64,000 nucleotides of DNA from contig CAVLCS010000001.1 in NCBI GenBank assembly GCA_963661675.1, positions 21,633-85,632 on the forward strand. The letters run 5' to 3'. Shown in pieces: positions 57,675 through 64,000 of the stretch (position 1 is the stretch's first letter; each line of letters opens with the position of its first letter). The notes under the pieces are model-generated. The model worked only from the letters and a program-made list of their open reading frames with translations. It did not search any database and had not been told where the DNA came from. The position numbers and the translations under genes are program-made. Source of the stretch: Bulleidia sp. (lineage in GTDB: Bacteria > Bacillota > Clostridia > Oscillospirales > Butyricicoccaceae).

Positions 57675-60125
57675 ATGGCGGAAAAAATCTGTGCGGCCGC
57701 CGTGGATGCGGCAACCTACGCCATCGACAAGCTATATTCTTACCGTGTGCCGGACGAGCTGCGGGAACAGGTGCAGATCGGCACCCGCGTTCTCGTGCCG
57801 TTCGGCTTTGGCAATAAACGGGCGGAAGCGGTGGTGCTCGCGTTCCGCGAGGATGCGGGCGATTTCAAGCTGAAACCCATCGTGGAAGTGCTGGACGAAA
57901 CGCCGATTTTGACCGCCGAGCAGCTGAAACTGGCGGCCTGGATGCGCGAGCGGCTGTACTGCACCTACTTCGACTGCGTACACGCCATGCTGCCCGCCGG
58001 ATTATGGTTCAAGCGCAATGAAACGTACACGCTTGCGCCGGACGCTGACCTTGCCGCTCTGCAGCAGCGGGACGGCGAAGCCGGTCAGGTGCTCGGCCTG
58101 TTTGAGCAGGCGGGACAGACGCTCTCGGTGAGCGAAATACGCGAACGGCTCGGCAAGGGCGCCGGACAGACGCTGGACGCACTGGCAGGCGAGGGAATCC
58201 TCATCTATCACAGCAATACGGCGCAGAAAACCGGCGATAAGACCGAAAAAATGCTCCGTCTGGACATGGAAGCGAGTGAGGCCATGTCGCACATCAGCCG
58301 CCGCAGTCCGGCGCGGATGGACGTGGTGTCGCTGCTGTCGGACGGCGGCTCGATGAGCCAGAAGGAAATCGTTTACATGACCGGCGTGAGCGACGCCGCA
58401 CTGCGCGACATGACGAAAAAGGGCATTCTCCGGGCGGAATACGAGGAGGTTTTACGCGCTCCCGACTTTTCCGCGGTGCCGAGAGCCGCGGCTCCGGTGC
58501 TTTCGGCGGCGCAGCAGCAGGCGTATGACGGCATGGCGGCGCTGATGGACGAGGATGCACCTCGAGCGGCGCTGCTGTTCGGCGTGACCGGCAGCGGCAA
58601 GACGCAGGTGTACCTGCAGCTGATCGCCCATGCGCTCGAGCAGGGCAAAAGCGCGATCGTGCTCGTGCCCGAGATCGGGCTGACGCCGCAGCTGCTGCGG
58701 CAGTTTGCCGCACGGTTCGGCGAGGAAGTCGCGGTGCTGCACTCGGCGCTGTCCGCCGGTGAGCGGTACGACAGCTTTAAGAAGATAAAGACCGGCAGGG
58801 CGAGAGTGGTTATCGGCACACGCTCGGCGGTGTTCGCACCCGCAAAGAACCTCGGCGTTATCATCATCGACGAGGAGCAGGACGCAGCGTACCGCTCGGA
58901 GCAGTCGCCGCGCTACCACGCCCGCGATGTCGCAAAATACCGAGCTGCACAGACGAACGCGCTGCTCGTGCTCGGCTCGGCAACGCCGTCGGTCGAGACA
59001 TATTACGGCGCAAAACAGGGAAAATATCCGGTTTTCACGCTCACAGAGCGCTTTTTAGGTGCCGGACTGCCCGAGGTCATCATCGCGGATATGCGCGGAC
59101 TGGCACGAGAGGGAAGAAGCGGCATTATCGGTCCCGACCTCGAACGCGAACTCATTTCCACGCTGGAGAAGGGAAAACAGGCCATCCTGTTCCTCAACCG
59201 GCGAGGAAACAGCCGCGTCATCGGCTGCGGCGTGTGCGGCTGGGTGCCCGAGTGCCCGTCTTGCTCGACGACCATGACCTACCATTCGGTGTCCGGCCGG
59301 GCCATGTGCCACTACTGCGGCGCGTCCATCAAAATTACCGGAAAATGTCCGGTCTGCGGCAGCACGGGTCTGTTCACCGAAACGCCAGGAACGCAGAAAC
59401 TGGAAGAAGAACTGCACGAACGGTTTCCGTCGGCCCGCGTGCTCCGCATGGACGCGGACACCATGACCGCCAAGGGAGCGCACGAACGTCTGCTGACCAA
59501 GTTCGGCAAGGGCGAAGCGGATATCCTAATTGGCACCCAGATGGTGACAAAAGGACTGGATTTCGAGAACGTCACGCTCGTCGGCGTGCTTGACGCCGAC
59601 CAGAGCCTGTACGCGCAGGATTACCGGGCGCACGAGCGCACATTTTCGCTCATCACGCAGGTGGTCGGCCGTGCCGGACGCAGATTTGACACCGGACGAG
59701 CCGTTATCCAGACATACAGTCCGCTGCATCCGGTCATCCTGACCGCGGCCCGGCAGGACTACGAGGCGTTCTACGAAAGCGAAATGCAGACGCGCGAGGC
59801 ACTCCGGTGTCCGCCCGTGTGCGATATCACCATGATAACCGCGGTCGGCGAACTGGAGCAGCAGGTGCTCAGCAGCCTGCTTTCCCTCAAAACGCGGCTG
59901 CAAAGCCTGATGGAAGGGCAGTTTTCCGACGTGAAAGCGCCCGTGCTCGGTCCGGCGGCCGCACAGATGGTCAAGGTCATGGGACGGTATCGCTATCACC
60001 TCACCATCCGCGCCAAGGACTGCGCAAGATGGCGGAAACTGGTTTCCGGCGTCCTAAGAGAGTTTATGCAGGACAGTAAAAACAGAGGAGTTACCGTTTT
60101 TGCGGACTCTAATAATGAAATGTGA
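57675..60125 (+). CDS. priA: Primosomal protein N'
   Basis: GVTGSGKT, VPEIGLTPQ, DEEQD, SATPS, Cys-rich motifs, GTQMVTKGLD, QVVGRAGR. Confidence 0.95.
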   Translation: MAEKICAAAVDAATYAIDKLYSYRVPDELREQVQIGTRVLVPFGFGNKRAEAVVLAFREDAGDFKLKPIVEVLDETPILTAEQLKLAAWMRERLYCTYFDCVHAMLPAGLWFKRNETYTLAPDADLAALQQRDGEAGQVLGLFEQAGQTLSVSEIRERLGKGAGQTLDALAGEGILIYHSNTAQKTGDKTEKMLRLDMEASEAMSHISRRSPARMDVVSLLSDGGSMSQKEIVYMTGVSDAALRDMTKKGILRAEYEEVLRAPDFSAVPRAAAPVLSAAQQQAYDGMAALMDEDAPRAALLFGVTGSGKTQVYLQLIAHALEQGKSAIVLVPEIGLTPQLLRQFAARFGEEVAVLHSALSAGERYDSFKKIKTGRARVVIGTRSAVFAPAKNLGVIIIDEEQDAAYRSEQSPRYHARDVAKYRAAQTNALLVLGSATPSVETYYGAKQGKYPVFTLTERFLGAGLPEVIIADMRGLAREGRSGIIGPDLERELISTLEKGKQAILFLNRRGNSRVIGCGVCGWVPECPSCSTTMTYHSVSGRAMCHYCGASIKITGKCPVCGSTGLFTETPGTQKLEEELHERFPSARVLRMDADTMTAKGAHERLLTKFGKGEADILIGTQMVTKGLDFENVTLVGVLDADQSLYAQDYRAHERTFSLITQVVGRAGRRFDTGRAVIQTYSPLHPVILTAARQDYEAFYESEMQTREALRCPPVCDITMITAVGELEQQVLSSLLSLKTRLQSLMEGQFSDVKAPVLGPAAAQMVKVMGRYRYHLTIRAKDCARWRKLVSGVLREFMQDSKNRGVTVFADSNNEM

Positions 60126-60127
60126 GA

Positions 60128-60248
60128 AATAATTGAAAATTGAGAATGGAGAATTGAGAATTGTGTCTACGCGCAAAGCGCGTTTATTTAATTCCGTCCG
60201 CAGGACGGCACAATAATTTTCCATTTTCCATTCTCCATTCTCAATTTT
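60128..60248. repeat. Heptad inverted-arm element with two internal mini-hairpins
   Basis: AATTGAA/AATTGAG/AATGGAG arm and inverted TTCCATT/CTCCATT/CTCAATT arm; CGCGC-aaa-GCGCG and CCGTCC-gca-GGACGG inside. Confidence 0.8.
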
Positions 60249-60275
60249 TGAACCCCAGCAAAGAAGGTATATTCA

Positions 60276-60875
60276 ATGAGCAAATTTGTAATTCGTAAAG
60301 CGACAGAAGAGGATGCAGAGGCTCTTTTGAAGATCTACACGCCGTATATCACCGACACGACCATCACGTTTGAGTATGATGTGCCGTCTGTCGAGGATTT
60401 TGCCGGCCGCATTCGCGAGACCGCGGCTGCGTTTCCGTATCTGGTATGCGAGCAGGACGGCGTTATCATGGGTTACGCGTATGCGCACCGCATTCGCGAG
60501 CGTGCAGCCTACGACTGGGATGTGGAGCTGTCCATCTATCTGGCAGAGGGCACCCACGGCCACGGTGTGGGAACGACCGTACTGGCGTGCCTGATCGACC
60601 TGCTCGAGATGCAGGGTCTGCGCCACCTGTACAGCTGCGTCACCCTGCCGAACGAAAAGAGCATCCGCATGCAGCGAAAGCTGGGCTTTGAGGACGCAGG
60701 CGTTTGGCACGACTCCGGCTGGAAGTTTGACGAGTGGTGGGACGTTGCATGGCTGGAAAAGCATGTCGGCAGCGGAAAACCGCAGCCGGTAACGCCGTTT
60801 CCGGCTCTCGATGAGAAAAATATACAGGAATGTTTACAAAAATACATGGATAAGCTGAATCAAGTGGAGGAATGA
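60276..60875 (+). CDS. GNAT N-acetyltransferase (phosphinothricin acetyltransferase-like)
   Basis: TITFE, GYAYA...RAAYDW, SIYL, HGVG, PNEKSI, GWKFDEWWDV. Confidence 0.85.
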   Translation: MSKFVIRKATEEDAEALLKIYTPYITDTTITFEYDVPSVEDFAGRIRETAAAFPYLVCEQDGVIMGYAYAHRIRERAAYDWDVELSIYLAEGTHGHGVGTTVLACLIDLLEMQGLRHLYSCVTLPNEKSIRMQRKLGFEDAGVWHDSGWKFDEWWDVAWLEKHVGSGKPQPVTPFPALDEKNIQECLQKYMDKLNQVEE

Positions 60876-60879
60876 AAAA

Positions 60880-61371
60880 ATGGCACTGAGAAAGATTTTG
60901 ACCGAGGGCGACGAGCAGCTGCTCAAGCACAGCCGCAAGGTAGAGAAGTTTGACGACCGTCTGCACACGCTGATCGACGACATGCGCGAGACCCTCGAGA
61001 ACTCCGGCGGCGTTGGTCTGGCGGCACCGCAGGTCGGCATTCTGCGCCGCGTTGTTGTGCTGCTGGACGTCAACAAGGACCCCGAAGAGATGGTCGAGCT
61101 GGTAAACCCGGAAGTCATCGAGCAGAAGGGTTCGGCACGTGTTGTCGAGGGCTGCCTGTCCGTTCCGGGCGTTTACGGCTATGTGACCCGTCCGACTTGG
61201 GCGAAAATCCGTGCACAGGACCGCAATGGCAACTGGTTCGAGCGGGAAGGTGAGGGCATTGTCGCCCAGTGCTTCTGCCACGAAACCGAACACCTGGACG
61301 GCCACCTGTTCACCGAAAAGGTCGAGGAGTACGTCAACCCCGAGGATATGCAGGGCGGTGACGAGGAATAA
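60880..61371 (+). CDS. def: Peptide deformylase
   Basis: GVGLAAPQVG, EGCLS, HETEHLDG. Confidence 0.95.
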   Translation: MALRKILTEGDEQLLKHSRKVEKFDDRLHTLIDDMRETLENSGGVGLAAPQVGILRRVVVLLDVNKDPEEMVELVNPEVIEQKGSARVVEGCLSVPGVYGYVTRPTWAKIRAQDRNGNWFEREGEGIVAQCFCHETEHLDGHLFTEKVEEYVNPEDMQGGDEE

Positions 61372-62294
61372 TGCGTATCGTATTCATGGGCACGCCGGAC
61401 TTCGCCGTGCCGAGCCTGCAGGCGCTGCTCGACGCCGGACACGACATCTGCGCCGTGTACACGCAGCCGGATAAGCCGCAGGGCCGCAAGCAGATTCTCA
61501 CTGCACCTCCGGTGAAAACGCTCGCACTCGAGCACAATATTCCGGTTTTTCAGCCGAATACCCTCAAGAATGAGGACGAGCAGGCGCGTCTGCGGGAACT
61601 CGCACCCGAGGTCATCATCGTGGTGGCCTACGGTAAGCTGCTGCCCAAGGCCGTGCTTGACATTCCGCCGCACGGCTGCATCAACGTGCACGGTTCGCTC
61701 CTGCCGCGGTGGCGCGGCGCGGCTCCGATCCAGTGGGCGGTCATCGCGGGCGACGAGAAGGCAGGCGTTACCACCATGCAGATGGCAGAAGGTCTGGACA
61801 CCGGCGATATGCTGCTCACTTATGAGACCAAGGTCGGAGAGCAGGAGACCGCAGGCGAACTTTTTGACCGTCTGGCACTTGCCGGTGCGGAACTTTTGAC
61901 CGAAACGCTCGTCAAACTTAAGGAGATCAAGCCGCGTCCGCAGGACGACTCGCAGAGCTGCTACGCCCATATGCTGGATAAGAAAATGGCGGTCATCGAC
62001 TGGTCGAAGTCCGCACATGAAATTGACTGTCTTATCCGCGGACTGAATCCGTGGCCGATCGCACTGACTACGCTGTCCGGCGAACGGCTCAAGGTCTTTG
62101 CCGCCGAGAAGGTGAGCGGAAACGGCGAGGCCGGTACGGTGCTCGAAGCCGACCCGAAAAAGGGCCTGACCGTGGCCTGCGGAGAGGGTGCGCTCAAGCT
62201 GACCGAGATTCAGCTGGTCGGCGGTAAGAGGATGAAGGCGACGGACTTTCTGAGAGGTCACGCTGTTGCCGTTGGCACCAAACTGGGGGACTAA
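61371..62294 (+). CDS. fmt: Methionyl-tRNA formyltransferase
   Basis: FMGTPDFA, TQPDKP, NVHGSLLPRWRGAAPI, GLDTGD. Confidence 0.95.
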   Translation: MRIVFMGTPDFAVPSLQALLDAGHDICAVYTQPDKPQGRKQILTAPPVKTLALEHNIPVFQPNTLKNEDEQARLRELAPEVIIVVAYGKLLPKAVLDIPPHGCINVHGSLLPRWRGAAPIQWAVIAGDEKAGVTTMQMAEGLDTGDMLLTYETKVGEQETAGELFDRLALAGAELLTETLVKLKEIKPRPQDDSQSCYAHMLDKKMAVIDWSKSAHEIDCLIRGLNPWPIALTTLSGERLKVFAAEKVSGNGEAGTVLEADPKKGLTVACGEGALKLTEIQLVGGKRMKATDFLRGHAVAVGTKLGD

Positions 62295-62296
62295 TG

Positions 62297-62416
62297 AAAA
62301 AGAGTGAAGAGTGAAGAGTGGAGAGAACGTAATCTTCACACCGACTCGCTAAGAGCCGCCTTACGGCGGTTGCTCGCTGGACGCCCACTGCGGTGGGTGT
62401 CTCCACTCTCAACTCT
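62297..62416. repeat. Heptad inverted-arm element with a 60-bp insert (62340-62399)
   Basis: GAAGAGT heptads; insert sits between TCTTCAC and TCTCCAC. Confidence 0.85.
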
Positions 62417-62433
62417 GATATGGAGGTTTTCTT

Positions 62434-63147
62434 ATGCCTTATCATGGTTACTACTACGGAATTGACATGTACTATATCGTACTGGTTCTGCCGTGCGTTT
62501 TATTTGCATTCTGGGCACAGAGCAAGGTAAACACCACGTTCAACCGGTACTCGCGGGTGCAAAATCTGCGGGGACTGACCGGTGCTCAGGCGGCGGAAGC
62601 GGTTCTGCGCTACAACGGTGTTTCCGGTGTGCGGATTGAGTACGTTTCCGGCAAGCTGACCGACCATTTTGACCCGCGGAGCAACGTCATTCGGCTGTCG
62701 AGTGCGGTGTACTCGTCCACGTCGGTGGCGTCCATCGGTGTGGCCGCCCACGAGGCCGGTCACGCGGTACAGTATGCGATCGGGTATGCGCCGATCAAGC
62801 TGCGTGCGGCCATTATTCCGCTGACGCAGTTCGGCTCGATGGCGGCCATGCCGCTGCTGATCCTCGGTCTGGTGCTCAACACGAGCGTGCTCGTCACGGT
62901 CGGCATTGCGGCGTTCGGTCTGTCCACGTTGTTCCAGCTGGTCACCCTGCCGGTGGAGCTGGACGCGTCCAGACGGGCACTGCAGACCATTCAGCAGAAC
63001 GGCCTGCTCACCGCGGACGAGTACCCGATGGCGAAAAAGACGCTCACGGCGGCGGCGCTGACCTATGTGGCCGCACTGGCGACCTCTCTGGCGCAGCTGC
63101 TGCGTCTGGTGCTGATTTTTGGAGGAAGAAACCGCAATGATCGATAA
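62434..63147 (+). CDS. YugP-like membrane zinc metallopeptidase
   Basis: LTDHFDP, AAHEAGHAVQ, TLPVELDAS, AAALTYVAA. Confidence 0.88.
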   Translation: MPYHGYYYGIDMYYIVLVLPCVLFAFWAQSKVNTTFNRYSRVQNLRGLTGAQAAEAVLRYNGVSGVRIEYVSGKLTDHFDPRSNVIRLSSAVYSSTSVASIGVAAHEAGHAVQYAIGYAPIKLRAAIIPLTQFGSMAAMPLLILGLVLNTSVLVTVGIAAFGLSTLFQLVTLPVELDASRRALQTIQQNGLLTADEYPMAKKTLTAAALTYVAALATSLAQLLRLVLIFGGRNRNDR

Positions 63148-64000
63148 ACGACCCAAAACACCGCGTGAGGTGGCGGCGTTCTCGCTGTTCTCGATGGCGG
63201 AAGAAGCCGCCTGGTCGGATGGTGCGCTGCACCATTATCTGTCCCGCGCAGGACTGGACAGCCGCGACGCGGCTCTGGCCTCGCGGCTGACCTACGGCAC
63301 GGTGCAGAACCAGATTCTGCTCGACTGGTACCTGCGGCACTTCTCGAGCGTGCGGCTGAAGAAGATTGCGCCGCGCGTGTTGGCGTGCCTGCGGATGGGT
63401 CTGTACCAGCTGATCCTGATGGACAAGATTCCGGCGCATGCGGCGGTTGCCGAGACCGTGGCACTGGTGAAGCATTACTGCCACGCAAATGACCGCACGG
63501 TCGCTTTTGTCAATGCGGTGCTGAGAAACGCCGCAAATGCGGTCGAAAACGGCTCTTTGCCGCGCCTGAACTGTCCGAATAAGGAAAGCTACTACGCCCT
63601 GCAGTATAGCCACCCGGAGTGGCTCGTGCGCCTGCTTTCCGAGCAGTACGGGCAGAAGCTGACGCAGAAAATCTGTCAGGCGGACAACGCGGACGCGCCG
63701 ATCTCGGTGCGCGTGAACACGATGAAGTGCACGCCTGCCGAGGCTCAGGCAGAGTTGGAATCCGCCGGACTGACCGTGCAGCCGCACGAAGCGTTCCCGG
63801 AAATCCTGCTGTGCAGCGGCGGAGACGCGGCAGCGCTGCCGGCGTTTGCCGAAGGACGTGTGACCGTGCAGGACGCAGCCAGCGCACTCGCGGCAGCGGT
63901 CGCTGACCCGAAAATGGGCGACACCGTGCTCGACTGCTGTGCGGCTCCGGGCGGCAAAAGCTTTGCCATGGCCGAGAAAATGCAGGGCAAGGGCAGCGTC
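63137..64000 (+). CDS. rsmB: 16S rRNA m5C967 methyltransferase (partial, runs off window end)
   Basis: Manual translation: LTYGTVQ, LRMGLYQL, FVNAVLR, YSHPEWL, RVN, VQDAAS, LDCCAAPGGKS. Confidence 0.92.
   Translation, partial: MIDKRPKTPREVAAFSLFSMAEEAAWSDGALHHYLSRAGLDSRDAALASRLTYGTVQNQILLDWYLRHFSSVRLKKIAPRVLACLRMGLYQLILMDKIPAHAAVAETVALVKHYCHANDRTVAFVNAVLRNAANAVENGSLPRLNCPNKESYYALQYSHPEWLVRLLSEQYGQKLTQKICQADNADAPISVRVNTMKCTPAEAQAELESAGLTVQPHEAFPEILLCSGGDAAALPAFAEGRVTVQDAASALAAAVADPKMGDTVLDCCAAPGGKSFAMAEKMQGKGSV

Overview
Chromosomal window of a moderately high-GC gut Clostridia (Oscillospirales/Butyricicoccaceae-like; inferred from gene content and codon style). In order: cobalamin late-pathway/salvage operon (cobU, cobS, a short cobU paralogue, cbiB, cobD, cbiP, cobO, cbiC); an orphan sugar-binding lipoprotein; murT-gatD; an unannotated type I toxin-antitoxin locus; a yybP-ykoY Mn riboswitch with mntP; a full FASII/acc cluster; typA, ridA, a GlmU whose uridyltransferase domain looks degenerate, prs, ymdB, DUF4914 and trmO; a ~6 kb integrated element (16-bp att repeats, Tn916-type Int/Xis, RepA_N, two lipoproteins, no relaxase); a two-component system with htrA; cdaA-cdaR; a DUF5685/Cys-tailed J-domain operon; and the yicC-remA-gmk-rpoZ-coaBC-priA-def-fmt-rsmB block. 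The intergenic DNA holds at least four families of small palindromic repeats, several nested in one another: GTAG-REP composites, 7-bp-periodic inverted arms, 60-bp and 45-bp inserts, and a ~165-bp ERIC-like hairpin with covariation. No CRISPR array, rRNA or tRNA was seen. All calls are made by eye, without database searches.
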